Positions 21,266 to 36,843 of a DNA stretch of 64,000 nt are shown here, piece by piece. Each line of letters opens with the position of its first letter. The stretch's first letter is position 1. Source of the DNA: Deltaproteobacteria bacterium (lineage in GTDB: Bacteria; Bdellovibrionota; JACOXK01); NCBI GenBank assembly GCA_016186995.1, contig JACPKQ010000010.1, forward strand, positions 2,970-66,969, written 5' to 3'. A model generated the notes under the pieces. That model had not been told where the DNA came from and searched no databases. It saw nothing but the letters and a program-made list of their open reading frames with translations. The position numbers and the translations under genes were made by a program.

Positions 21266-22714
21266 ATGACAGAATTATGGGAATCAACTCTTAAAGGCAT
21301 TCGAGAGCGCGTTAACGAGCAGAGCTTTAAAACGTGGTTAGCGCCTTTAAAACTCGTTTCCGTTAAAAATGACTTAGTCGAAATTCAAGTTCCTAATAAA
21401 TTTTTTGAAGATTGGATCAATGAAAATTACATCTCCATGATTAAAGAAGAGCTTTTCAAAAATGCCAGAAAACCCTATGAAATCCTCTTTAAAATTGCAG
21501 AACAGCAAGCACAACAAATGCTAAACCTTTCTCAAAATGCATCCACAAACCCACCTGTAAAAACCGGAATATCTCTTTCTAAGAGTTCTCCTATGATAAA
21601 CTCTCAAAATATTTCTCACAACAAACCACCACTTCAATCCACTCAGGATGTCAAAATTTTTGATTCAGCAACACCTGTGAGAGCTTCGGGTGGAGATTAC
21701 ATTAACCCTAAATATACATTCGATAGCTTTGTTGTTGGCTCAAGTAATCAATTTGCTCATGCTGCAGCCTTTGCGGTTGCTGAGCAACCAGCACGAAACT
21801 ATAATCCCCTCTTTGTTTTTGGGGGCGTGGGTCTTGGAAAAACACACCTTGTCAATGCTATCGGAAATCATGCTCTTAAAAAACAGCCCCACCTTAAAGT
21901 GTGTTTTGTTTCTTCAGAAAAGTTTGTTAATGAGCTTATCAACTGCTTGCGATATGAAAAAATGGATGTTTTCAGAAAAAAATATAGAGAGGGCTATGAT
22001 ATTCTCCTGATGGACGACATCCAGTTTATTGCTGGCAAAGACAGAACACAAGAAGAGTTTTTTCACACTTTTAACACTCTTCACAGCTCCAGAAGACAAA
22101 TCGTAGTCACCTCTGATAAATACCCCAAAGACATTCCATTTCTTGAAGAGCGCTTAAGGACACGCTTTGAGTGGGGTCTTATAGCAGATATTCAACCACC
22201 AGAAATGGAAACGCGACTTGCCATTCTTAAAAACAAAGCGGAGCTCGATGATATTTATTTACCTGATGAAGTGGGTATTTTTCTTGCTTCTAATATTAAA
22301 TCAAACGTCCGTGAACTTGAAGGTTCTCTTATTCGTGTTGGTGCTTTTGCATCACTCACAGGAATGGAAATTACAGTTGATCTTGCCAAAGAAATTCTAA
22401 AAAATATTATCAAGGATAAAGATAGAGAAGTCACAATCGAAAACATTCAAAAAGCCACATGTTCTTTTTTTGATATGAAGATTTTAGATCTTAAATCAAA
22501 GAAAAAAAATAAACTCTTAAGCACACCACGCCAAATTGCCATGTTTTTGTGTAGAAAGCATACAAAAGAATCCTTTCCAGAAATTGGCAAGCGTTTTGGT
22601 GGCAAAGACCACTCTACTGTTATTCATGCCGTTTCAAAAATTACAGAAGAACTTTCTAAAGATGTTGCCCTAAGAAATACGATTGCCTCCATTGAACGCT
22701 TGGTAGACGTCTAA
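21266..22714 (+). CDS. dnaA: chromosomal replication initiator DnaA
   Basis: AAA+ Walker A FVFGGVGLGKTHL. C-terminal DNA-binding domain HTKESFPEIGKRFGGKDHSTVIHA. 482 aa. Confidence 0.97.
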   Translation: MTELWESTLKGIRERVNEQSFKTWLAPLKLVSVKNDLVEIQVPNKFFEDWINENYISMIKEELFKNARKPYEILFKIAEQQAQQMLNLSQNASTNPPVKTGISLSKSSPMINSQNISHNKPPLQSTQDVKIFDSATPVRASGGDYINPKYTFDSFVVGSSNQFAHAAAFAVAEQPARNYNPLFVFGGVGLGKTHLVNAIGNHALKKQPHLKVCFVSSEKFVNELINCLRYEKMDVFRKKYREGYDILLMDDIQFIAGKDRTQEEFFHTFNTLHSSRRQIVVTSDKYPKDIPFLEERLRTRFEWGLIADIQPPEMETRLAILKNKAELDDIYLPDEVGIFLASNIKSNVRELEGSLIRVGAFASLTGMEITVDLAKEILKNIIKDKDREVTIENIQKATCSFFDMKILDLKSKKKNKLLSTPRQIAMFLCRKHTKESFPEIGKRFGGKDHSTVIHAVSKITEELSKDVALRNTIASIERLVDV

Positions 22715-22762
22715 AAAGAATCATACAATACCACTTTATACACAGACCCCATTTTCCCTTAA

Positions 22763-22801
22763 ATGTTGAAATCTTGTGAATAAACATGTTGAAATCTTGT
22801 G
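22763..22801. repeat. tandem 16-bp direct repeat ATGTTGAAATCTTGTG, two copies with 23-bp period
   Basis: Copies at 22763-22778 and 22786-22801. The first abuts a TGTGAATAA DnaA box. Confidence 0.8.
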
Positions 22802-22891
22802 TTTTGAGTGTTGAGCTGATGTTAAAGCAATCTCACAATAAACAGATTTTCACACTATATTCACATGTGTATAAACACATAAAATATTAAT

Positions 22892-22930
22892 AATTTTAAT
22901 AAGTTAGGCAGGCTATAAACATTTTCACAG
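22892..22930. repeat. 39-bp perfect direct repeat, copy 1 (AATTTTAATAAGTTAGGCAGGCTATAAACATTTTCACAG)
   Basis: Identical 39-mer recurs at 23207-23245 inside oriC. Confidence 0.9.
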
Positions 22931-23206
22931 TTTGTTACATAAAGTTAAATTTTGTTTTATTCACAGCTTTTCAACCTGTTTTTAGAAGAAGAATTCACAT
23001 TTTAAGAAATCCACATAAATCCACAGTTTTTAAGCCTCGGTTTTTAGAACAAAGGTTAATATTTAATAATTTAAATTTTTTATTTCTTAAGTTGTTTACA
23101 CAAGTGTGTATAAGTTTGTGGATATGTTCGTGTTGCAAAATAAAACCAAGATGTATACACTGATCCACAGCTATTAACAGACAGGGTGTCGATGATATTT
23201 ATCTTT

Positions 23207-23245
23207 AATTTTAATAAGTTAGGCAGGCTATAAACATTTTCACAG
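23207..23245. repeat. 39-bp perfect direct repeat, copy 2
   Basis: Identical to 22892-22930. The two copies are 315 bp apart. Confidence 0.9.
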
Positions 23246-23317
23246 GGTTTACTACTACTACTGTATTTATATATTAAGTGATTAATAATAACTACAAGTT
23301 GTGAATAAGGAGGAATC

Positions 23318-29353
<6,036 letters not shown>

Positions 29354-29370
<17 letters not shown>

Positions 29371-30154
29371 TCTTTGGGTTTTATCCCCACTTTTTTTCAT
29401 TTTTATTTCTTGTACAACTGAATCACAAATAGAAAAACAATTTGCTTACGCCCAAGAGCTTGTTATTAAAAAAAAATATAAAGAAGCTATTGATGCTTAT
29501 TCTAAAATAGCAAAATTAAGAAAGTTTAAAGATCTTTCCGAAAAATCCATGATGAATATGGCCTCTGTTCATTATTTTTACTTAAAAGATAATGAAAATG
29601 CATTTCATATACTTGATGGTCTTGTTCAAAGATCATCAGATATTACAAGAATTATTAAAGCCCTAAGAATGAAAGCCTATATTTATCATTACTCTATTAA
29701 AGATTTTGAAAAAGCCCTTATGGAGTATCAAAAAGTTTTGGACTTTGATCTGACACATAGAGAAAAATCGGAAGTTCTCTTTGAAATTGCAGAATGTTAT
29801 TTTTTATTGAACCAATATGACCAGGCTCGTGTAGAGTTTTTAAAATCTTCAGAGTTGACTCAAGATATTCTTTTAAAAGAAAGAATTTCTTATGAGGTTG
29901 CAACAAGCTATTTTTTAGAATCCCAATACGAAAAAGCAGAAGCTACTTATAAAGATCATCAACGTCTATTTTCAAAAGGAAAATATGATTTACAAGTGTC
30001 TTTAAACCTCGCTAAGTCATTAGAATCACAAGAAAAACTTAAAGAGGCTATTCTCATTTACAAAGAAATTTTAAAAGATAATCCTAAACAACAAATTGCA
30101 GTACTAAAACTTAAAAAAGTAGAAGAAAGGTATAAAATCAAGGGGCTCAAGTGA
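29354..30154 (+). CDS. TPR-repeat lipoprotein
   Basis: Lipoprotein signal [20 protein letters not shown] followed by TPR-like helical repeats. The start at 29354 overlaps the gyrA 3' end by 17 nt. The ORF is open from 29252. Confidence 0.65.
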
Positions 30155-30372
30155 AGCAACTTGACAGTCAAAAATTTCGGTCTTATGCAATGATTTCGGC
30201 TCTAGCCCTCCAACTCGTAACAAATATTGTTATAGGAATATTTGTTGGAATGTGGTTAGACAAAAAATGGGGTACAACCCCATTTTTACTTTTGATTTGT
30301 ATTCTTCTCTTTGGGTCTGTAGGTATGATTATGTTTATACGAGGGGTTTCAAGATTTAAAAATGGAAAATAG
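30151..30372 (+). CDS. AtpZ/ATPase_gene1-family small membrane protein
   Basis: 73 aa with two TM helices. WLDKKWGTTPFLLLICILLFGSVG matches the ATPase_gene1 motif. Positioned immediately before atpI-atpB-atpE. Confidence 0.55.
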   Translation: MKQLDSQKFRSYAMISALALQLVTNIVIGIFVGMWLDKKWGTTPFLLLICILLFGSVGMIMFIRGVSRFKNGK

Positions 30373-30739
30373 TTTAAAAACCATTACTCAAATTCAAAAA
30401 TCTATGGGCGTTCTTTTATTAATAGTACTTGTCATCAGTTCTTATTTTAAACCAGAGTTTAAATGGGTTTTAAGTGTTTTTATAGGGGGGCTTCTCATAA
30501 ATCTTAATTTTTGGGTTCTTCAAAAAGCGCTTCACTTTTTTCTTCTTCAAAGCCAAGCACAGAAACTTAAGATGTATTTATTTTTGTTTTTAAAATTGCT
30601 TCTTTTTATGATTATATTGGGAGCTGGAGCAGTTTATTTTAAAGAAAATATTATAGGGTTTGTCTTGGGGCTTTCTGTTTTGTTTATGGCGCTTATTTAT
30701 GAATTTTTAAAAGGGGTTTTTGTCCATGGGGCACCATAA
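30362..30739 (+). CDS. atpI: ATP synthase protein I (AtpI-like) membrane protein
   Basis: 125-aa polytopic hydrophobic protein between atpZ and atpB. Confidence 0.5.
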   Translation: MENSLKTITQIQKSMGVLLLIVLVISSYFKPEFKWVLSVFIGGLLINLNFWVLQKALHFFLLQSQAQKLKMYLFLFLKLLLFMIILGAGAVYFKENIIGFVLGLSVLFMALIYEFLKGVFVHGAP

Positions 30740-31424
30740 TACATGGTTTGATCTTATTCCTGGATTTTCAGAGCTGCACATCCCATGGTGGATCACCATG
30801 ATGGTGTTTACTATTTGTATTCTTGTTGTGGTCGCTATTCTTGCTAAAATGGTAGGCCATTTTGATGAAAAAAAACTTTTTCCTGATGAGGGTTTTTCAC
30901 TTAGAAATATTTTAGAAGTTATTATTGAAGGGCTTCTTTCTTTTATAAAATCTATTTTAGGTGAAAAAGGAGTTCTCTATTTTCCTCTTTTAGGAACCCT
31001 TTTTATTTTTATTTTTACAGCTAATATTCTAGGGCTTATTCCTGGTTTTTTACCACCCACAAGCCACATTATTGTTAACCTCGGTTGTTCTCTGGTTGTT
31101 TTTGTTTATTATAATTATTTAGGTTTTAAATTGAATGGAACCGCCTATTTAAAACATTTTATGGGGCCTGTTATCTGGTTAGCCCCTCTTATGGTCGTTG
31201 TTGAAGTGATTGGTCACAGTGTTCGCCCCGCTTCTTTGGCCTTAAGACTTTTTGGAAACATTAATGGTGACCACATGCTGGTGGGTACTATTGGTCATTT
31301 AGTTCCACTGGGCGCTACCATTCCATTTTTGTTTTTAGGTTTGTTCGTTTCTTTTCTACAGGCTTTTATATTTACTTTATTAACCATGGTGTATATAAGT
31401 ATGTCTACAGCACACGATCATTAA
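30720..31424 (+). CDS. atpB: Fo ATP synthase a subunit
   Basis: Conserved essential Arg region SLALRLFGNINGDHML and C-terminal helices. 234 aa. Confidence 0.85.
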   Translation: MSMGHHNTWFDLIPGFSELHIPWWITMMVFTICILVVVAILAKMVGHFDEKKLFPDEGFSLRNILEVIIEGLLSFIKSILGEKGVLYFPLLGTLFIFIFTANILGLIPGFLPPTSHIIVNLGCSLVVFVYYNYLGFKLNGTAYLKHFMGPVIWLAPLMVVVEVIGHSVRPASLALRLFGNINGDHMLVGTIGHLVPLGATIPFLFLGLFVSFLQAFIFTLLTMVYISMSTAHDH

Positions 31425-31436
31425 GGAGGAATATTC

Positions 31437-31757
31437 ATGAAGAAAGTCGGTATGTTTGTTAGTTTTTTAGTTATTGGGTTAATATCTCAAGCTTTTGCAG
31501 CTGAAGGTGAAGTAAGTGCAGTGGGGGATTCAGTTAAAATGTTTGCAGCATTAGCTGCAGGCTTAGGAATAGGTTTTGCAGCTGCTTTTGGTGCTTTAGG
31601 ACAAGCAAAAACAACAGCTGCTGCTCTTGAAGGAATTGCAAGGAATCCCAATGCAGCTGATAAAATGTTTACACCTATGATTATCGGGCTTGCTCTGATT
31701 GAAACACTGGTTATTTATACACTTGTTATAGCATTTATGCTTATAGGTAAAATTTAA
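31437..31757 (+). CDS. atpE: Fo ATP synthase c subunit with N-terminal signal-peptide-like extension
   Basis: Hairpin ARNPNAADKMFTPMIIGLALIETLVIY carries the carboxylate Glu. The N-terminus has about 25 extra residues: MKKVGMFVSFLVIGLISQAFAAEGE. RBS aaggagga upstream. Confidence 0.9.
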   Translation: MKKVGMFVSFLVIGLISQAFAAEGEVSAVGDSVKMFAALAAGLGIGFAAAFGALGQAKTTAAALEGIARNPNAADKMFTPMIIGLALIETLVIYTLVIAFMLIGKI

Positions 31758-31782
31758 GTTATCTTGAGGAATCAATTTAGAA

Positions 31783-31813
31783 GGCCGGGGGATAAAATTC
31801 CCGGCCTTTTTTA
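31783..31813. terminator. Rho-independent terminator between convergent atpE and uvrA
   Basis: GGCCGGG at 31783-31789 and CCCGGCC at 31800-31806 form a 7-bp GC stem with a 10-nt loop, followed by TTTTTTATTT. It could also serve the minus-strand uvrA. Confidence 0.7.
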
Positions 31814-31827
31814 TTTCTATCTTATAT

Positions 31828-34638
31828 TTATAAAAGCTTTTGTTTTAAGAAGTATCCTGTGTGGGAGTTTTTGTTTTTAAGGATTTCATGGGTAGGACCA
31901 AAAAAGACAACTTCACCACCCTTTTCCCCACCTTCTCTGCCAATGTCGATAATGTAATCTGAGTGAGCAACCACATCTAGCTGGTGTTCTATAACAATAA
32001 CCGTGTTTCCTTGATCAACCAAACTTCTTAAAATTTTAAGAAGTTTATTAATATCATCAAAGTGAAGCCCTGTGGTAGGTTCATCTAAAATATAAAGTGT
32101 TTTTCCAGTAGATCTTTTAGAAAGTTCTTTAGCTAGTTTAATGCGTTGTGCTTCACCACCCGAAAGAGTTGGTGCTTGTTGTCCTAAACGAATGTATCCT
32201 AAACCCACTTCTTGAAGAGTGTGAAGCTTTTTTTGAATTTGAGGTATGTTTTTAAAAACTTCTGAAGCATCATCTATAGTAAGATCAAGAATTTCCGCAA
32301 TATTTTTTTCTTTAAAAGTAACTTGAAGAGTTTCAAGATTGTATCTTTTTCCTTCACACTTTTGACATTGTACAAAAACATTGGGGAGAAAGTGCATTTC
32401 GATTTTGATCATACCTGCGCCTTCACACATTTCACATCGTCCACCGGAAACATTAAAAGAAAACCTTCCCGAACCAAAGCCCCTTATTTTTGAAAGTGGA
32501 AGGCTTGCAAAAAAATCACGCAGTGGAGCAAAAATACCCGTATAAGTTGCCGGATTTGATCTGGGTGTTTTTCCAATGGGAGATTGATCTACACAAATAA
32601 CCTTATCCAAATTCTCAATTCCTGTAATGGATTTTAGTTTTGAATGAAGCGGAATCTTTGAATTGTAAAAATAGTTATTTAGGTGTGGAAGAAGCGTGTC
32701 CATAATAAGTGAGCTTTTTCCAGAGCCCGACACCCCCGTAACACAAATGAAGTTACCAAGTGGAATTTCAACATTAATGTTTTTAAGATTGCGTGTTTCT
32801 ACCCCCATAAGGGTTAGTTTTTTAGAATATAACTTCGCTTTTTCAGAAAGCTTTTTTGCAGTTGTAACCTGTTTTTCTCCAGAAAGATATTGTCCAGTCA
32901 GAGACTTTTTATTTTTTTTAATATTTTGAGGGGTATCAAAACTAACGACTTTTCCTCCAAGCTCTCCAGCGCGTGGGCCCATATCAAGAAGATAATCAGC
33001 TTGAAGAATAGTATCTTCGTCATGTTCAACAATAATGAGTGTATTCCCAAGATCTTTGAGAGCCTTAAGAGAGTTTAAAAGTTTGTGATGATCTCGCGGA
33101 TGAAGCCCTATAGAGGGCTCATCAAGAACATAAAGAACGCCTGTAAGGTACGAACCTAGTTGTGAGGCCAATTTAATGCGTTGTGCCTCGCCTGTAGAAA
33201 GGGTTGAGGTAGATCTTGAAAGGGTTAAATAGTGAAGCCCTATTTTTTCGAGAAAGCCAAGTCTTTCAAGAATTTCATTTTTAATTTTTTCGCCTATTTG
33301 TTTTTGTTTTTCTGTTAAAGTCCACTTTTCTATAAGTTGTATAGCTTTTGAGATAGAAGCATTACAAACATCCCCAATATGAGAATCATTTATTTTAATG
33401 GAAAGTGCTTCTTTTTTAAGTCTTTCTCCACCACAAGAAGGGCATGGGATTTTATCAAAATACTCTGCAATTCTTTCTCTTTTTTTCTCTGAGTTTGTTT
33501 CCAAATATGTTCTTTTTAAATAAGGAACAACACCTTCAAATGATTCTTTAAAAGTGTATATTTTACCGTCACGCTCATATTCAAAAGAGACTTTTTCTTG
33601 TGAACCATAAAGAATGATGTTTTGTTGGTTGGTCTCCAGTTTTTTCCAGGCGGTTTCTCTTGGAATATCAAAATGCTTTGTGACAGACTCAAGAATTTTA
33701 ATATAATTTGAAGAATTCCAGGGCCTAATAGCACCACTTTTAAGGCTTAAGCTTGTATTAGGAATAATAAGGCTTTCGTCCGGCGCATCTTTTTTTTCTC
33801 CCAACCCCTCGCATTCAGGACATGCCCCATAAGGGCTATTAAAAGAAAAAAAGCGTGGTTCTAATTCTGGAAAACTAAACTGACACTTTGAACAACCCAT
33901 TTTTGTATTAAAAAGAAGATCTTCTTGGGTATCTAAATTATGAATAAGGACGCTTCCTTTAGATATAAAGTTAGCTTGATCTAAAGATTTTTGAAGTCGA
34001 GCACTAACAGTTGGTTCTAAAATGAGCTGATCAACAAGAAGATCTAAATCATGATTTATATTTTTCTTTAAATCTATTTTTTCTGTAAAACTTCTCAAAA
34101 TGCCGTCTATTCTTATTTTTGAAAAACCCTTTTTTTGAAACATTTCAATTTCTTTTTTAAACTGCCCCTTCCTTCCTTGAACAAGAGGTGCAAAAACATA
34201 AATTTTTGTATTTTGAGGAAGTTTTAGTATTTCTTCTTGAATAGAAGGAAGTGAAGAGTTTGAAATTTTTCCATGCCCATGTGGGCAATATGCAACACCT
34301 GCCTTTGCATAAAGAAGCCGTAAATAATCATAAATTTCTGTAGCTGTTCCTACAGTTGAGCGTGGGTTTTTAAAAATGGATTTTTGATCAATAGCAATGG
34401 CTGCAGAAAGCCCATCTATTGAATCAACATCTGGTTTTTTAAGTTGGTCTAAAAACTGTCTGGCATAAGAAGAGAGTGATTCCATGTATCTTCTTTGTCC
34501 TTCTGCATAAATAGTATCAAAGGCTAAAGAACTTTTTCCAGAGCCCGACACCCCTGTGATAACAGTTATTTTATTTCTAGGAATAGAAATCGAAATATTT
34601 TTAAGGTTATGCTCCCTTGCCCCACGGATATGTATCAT
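31828..34638 (-). CDS. uvrA: excinuclease ABC subunit A
   Basis: Two ABC modules: GVSGSGKSSLAFDTIYAEGQRRY and CVTGVSGSGKSSL. Zinc-finger Cys clusters. 936 aa. Confidence 0.97.
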   Translation of the reverse strand: MIHIRGAREHNLKNISISIPRNKITVITGVSGSGKSSLAFDTIYAEGQRRYMESLSSYARQFLDQLKKPDVDSIDGLSAAIAIDQKSIFKNPRSTVGTATEIYDYLRLLYAKAGVAYCPHGHGKISNSSLPSIQEEILKLPQNTKIYVFAPLVQGRKGQFKKEIEMFQKKGFSKIRIDGILRSFTEKIDLKKNINHDLDLLVDQLILEPTVSARLQKSLDQANFISKGSVLIHNLDTQEDLLFNTKMGCSKCQFSFPELEPRFFSFNSPYGACPECEGLGEKKDAPDESLIIPNTSLSLKSGAIRPWNSSNYIKILESVTKHFDIPRETAWKKLETNQQNIILYGSQEKVSFEYERDGKIYTFKESFEGVVPYLKRTYLETNSEKKRERIAEYFDKIPCPSCGGERLKKEALSIKINDSHIGDVCNASISKAIQLIEKWTLTEKQKQIGEKIKNEILERLGFLEKIGLHYLTLSRSTSTLSTGEAQRIKLASQLGSYLTGVLYVLDEPSIGLHPRDHHKLLNSLKALKDLGNTLIIVEHDEDTILQADYLLDMGPRAGELGGKVVSFDTPQNIKKNKKSLTGQYLSGEKQVTTAKKLSEKAKLYSKKLTLMGVETRNLKNINVEIPLGNFICVTGVSGSGKSSLIMDTLLPHLNNYFYNSKIPLHSKLKSITGIENLDKVICVDQSPIGKTPRSNPATYTGIFAPLRDFFASLPLSKIRGFGSGRFSFNVSGGRCEMCEGAGMIKIEMHFLPNVFVQCQKCEGKRYNLETLQVTFKEKNIAEILDLTIDDASEVFKNIPQIQKKLHTLQEVGLGYIRLGQQAPTLSGGEAQRIKLAKELSKRSTGKTLYILDEPTTGLHFDDINKLLKILRSLVDQGNTVIVIEHQLDVVAHSDYIIDIGREGGEKGGEVVFFGPTHEILKNKNSHTGYFLKQKLL

Positions 34639-36002
34639 AGTGTTTTTAAAGCAGCTTCAACCTTGTTTTGAAGCTCAATAAGCCTTTCTGGGGTTTTTGC
34701 TTCAAAGCGCATCACAAGAATGGGTTGTGTATTTGAAGGACGAATAAGCCCCCACCCATCTCCAAATTGAATGCGAATGCCATCAATAGAGATAATGGGA
34801 TAATCTTTTGAAAAATGCTTTTTAAGCGATGCTACAATTTTAAACTTTTGGTGATCATCTGAAGGAACGCGTATTTCTGGGGTTGAATAGTATTTTGGGT
34901 AATCTTTTGTATGATCTGAAAGTTTTTTATTGGAATGAATGAGAATTTCTAAAAGACGGCAACTTGCGTATAGTGCATCATCATAACCAAAATAACGATC
35001 TTTAAAAAAGATATGCCCACTCATTTCCCCAGCTATATCAGCGTTTTCTTCGCGCAGTTTATCTTTAATAAAAGAATGCCCTGTTTTCCACATAATGGCT
35101 TTACCACCCATATTTTTAATAACTTCGTAAAGAGAGTTAGAGCATTTAACTTCACCTATGACAGTAACACTCTTTTTTTGTTTGAAAATTTCTTGGGCAA
35201 AAAGGGTTAATAGTGTGTCACCCCAAATAATTTCACCCCCTTCATTTACAACGCCAATGCGGTCTGCATCGCCATCATAAGCAATGCCCACATCAGCCTG
35301 CTCTTCTAAAACCCAATGAATAAGAGAAATTAAATTTTCTTCGATACTTGGATCGGGGTGGTGGTTTGGAAAAGTGCCATCTACCTCAGAAAAAAGTTCA
35401 CAGGTTTTAAATCCAAAAGATTTAATAAGTTTAGGTGCAACCAAGGCAGCAGTTCCATTGCCTGAATCAATCACAACTTTGATGTTTCTATTAAGGTCTT
35501 TATTTTGAAGAAGCAGAGGGAATCGCTTATGAAGGTGTTCTATGTAGGAATCTACAATGGGCTTTTCACGTTTTGTAACACTTCCTTTTGCATCTCTATA
35601 TTTTTCTTTTTCAATTACTTTTTTAAGTTCTTGAATTTCTTCACCATGAAGTGATTTTTTACCCAAGCAAATTTTAAAACCGTTATATTCAGACGGGTTG
35701 TGTGAACCAGTAATCATAATACCACCATCTAAGTTGTCGTTAAAAATACTAAAATAAAGAAGTGGTGTTGGACACATGCCGATATTTATGACATGAAGAC
35801 CGCTTTCCAAAAGACCCTTTTCTAAAGCTTTGGCGTATTTTAAAGAAGTAAGCCTGCAGTCATACCCCACAGAAACTTTTTGACCGGGCACAAGGCTTAA
35901 AGCATAGGCTTTACCTAAGTGATAGGCAAATTCTTTATTAAAGTCTTTATCTGCAATCCCACGAATATCGTAAGCTCTAAAAATTTCAGAAGTTACTTTC
36001 AT
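34635..36002 (-). CDS. phosphomannomutase/phosphoglucomutase (alpha-D-phosphohexomutase)
   Basis: Active-site TGSHNPSEYNGFKI. Mg loop DGDADR. 455 aa. Confidence 0.85.
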   Translation of the reverse strand: MKVTSEIFRAYDIRGIADKDFNKEFAYHLGKAYALSLVPGQKVSVGYDCRLTSLKYAKALEKGLLESGLHVINIGMCPTPLLYFSIFNDNLDGGIMITGSHNPSEYNGFKICLGKKSLHGEEIQELKKVIEKEKYRDAKGSVTKREKPIVDSYIEHLHKRFPLLLQNKDLNRNIKVVIDSGNGTAALVAPKLIKSFGFKTCELFSEVDGTFPNHHPDPSIEENLISLIHWVLEEQADVGIAYDGDADRIGVVNEGGEIIWGDTLLTLFAQEIFKQKKSVTVIGEVKCSNSLYEVIKNMGGKAIMWKTGHSFIKDKLREENADIAGEMSGHIFFKDRYFGYDDALYASCRLLEILIHSNKKLSDHTKDYPKYYSTPEIRVPSDDHQKFKIVASLKKHFSKDYPIISIDGIRIQFGDGWGLIRPSNTQPILVMRFEAKTPERLIELQNKVEAALKTL

Positions 36003-36837
36003 TTTTCAAAGCCTCTAAGGTTACTTTTAAGGCATACAGAAAACTTTTTGGGTTGGCCATGTTTTTTCCAATAAGGTCAGGGGCTGTACCATGATCAACC
36101 GTTGTTCTTAAAAAAGGAAGCCCCAAGGTAACGCCACAAGAATCAAAAAAGCTAAGTGTTTTCAATGGGATAAGTCCTTGATCGTGATAAAGTGAAATAA
36201 CTGCATGGGCCTTGTTTTCTAAAGCTTTGAAAAAGATGGTGTCTGGTGAAAAAGGTCCAAAGATTTTAATTCCTTTTTTTTGGGTTAAGGAAAGTGTGGG
36301 TTTAAGAGTTTTTTCTTCCTCATTTCCAAAAAGTCCACCTTCTCCACAATGTGGGTTAAGTCCACAAAGATAAAGGAGTGGGTTTTTGATTCCAAAATAT
36401 TTTTGCAAACCTCGGTGTGTATTTTCAATGGTTGTTATTATTTTTTCTTGGGTGAGTTGAGAGGCTACGTTTTTCAAGGCGATATGGGTTGTGACAAGAG
36501 CAACCTTTAAATGAGGGCTTGTAAAAAACATAGTGGGCTTTGAATTTGTCTGAGTTGCTAAAATTTCTGTGTGCCCTACACCACCCAAATCTTCTTTTGT
36601 TGTTGGAAATGTCAAAAGAGCCTGATTTTCTTTTTTAAGACAGCTTTGAATAGCTTTTTCAATTACTTTTTGGCTGTTTTCTTTTATAAAATTTATTTTA
36701 CCTGGAAAAGGTTTTTTAATGTTTGTAAAAAGTGTAATATCAGCTTTTTTAAAAACAACTGTGTTATAGGATTTTTCTAATATTTCTTTTCCTACCCCAC
36801 TTTCTTTACATAAAGTAACAGCTATTTTAGGTTTCAT
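35986..36837 (-). CDS. pdxA: 4-hydroxythreonine-4-phosphate dehydrogenase PdxA
   Basis: HAVISLYHDQGLIPLKTLSFFDSCGVTLGLPFLRTTVDHGTAPDLIGK is the PdxA signature. It is adjacent to a surA homologue, as in the E. coli surA-pdxA operon. Confidence 0.85.
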   Translation of the reverse strand: MKPKIAVTLCKESGVGKEILEKSYNTVVFKKADITLFTNIKKPFPGKINFIKENSQKVIEKAIQSCLKKENQALLTFPTTKEDLGGVGHTEILATQTNSKPTMFFTSPHLKVALVTTHIALKNVASQLTQEKIITTIENTHRGLQKYFGIKNPLLYLCGLNPHCGEGGLFGNEEEKTLKPTLSLTQKKGIKIFGPFSPDTIFFKALENKAHAVISLYHDQGLIPLKTLSFFDSCGVTLGLPFLRTTVDHGTAPDLIGKNMANPKSFLYALKVTLEALKNESNF

Positions 36838-36843
36838 TTTATC

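Larger units (their letters stand above)
22715..23317. other. oriC: oriC, chromosomal replication origin in the dnaA-dnaN intergenic region
   Basis: 603-bp AT-rich non-coding region between dnaA and dnaN. DnaA-box-like 9-mers match TTWTNCACA or differ by one base: TTATTCACA at 22957-22965 and reverse-strand at 22775-22783 and 23300-23308; TGATCCACA at 23161-23169; ATATCCACA reverse-strand at 23117-23125; tandem AAATCCACA at 23008-23016 and 23018-23026. A roughly 40-bp nearly pure A/T stretch at 23053-23092 is a candidate unwinding element. Confidence 0.75.
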
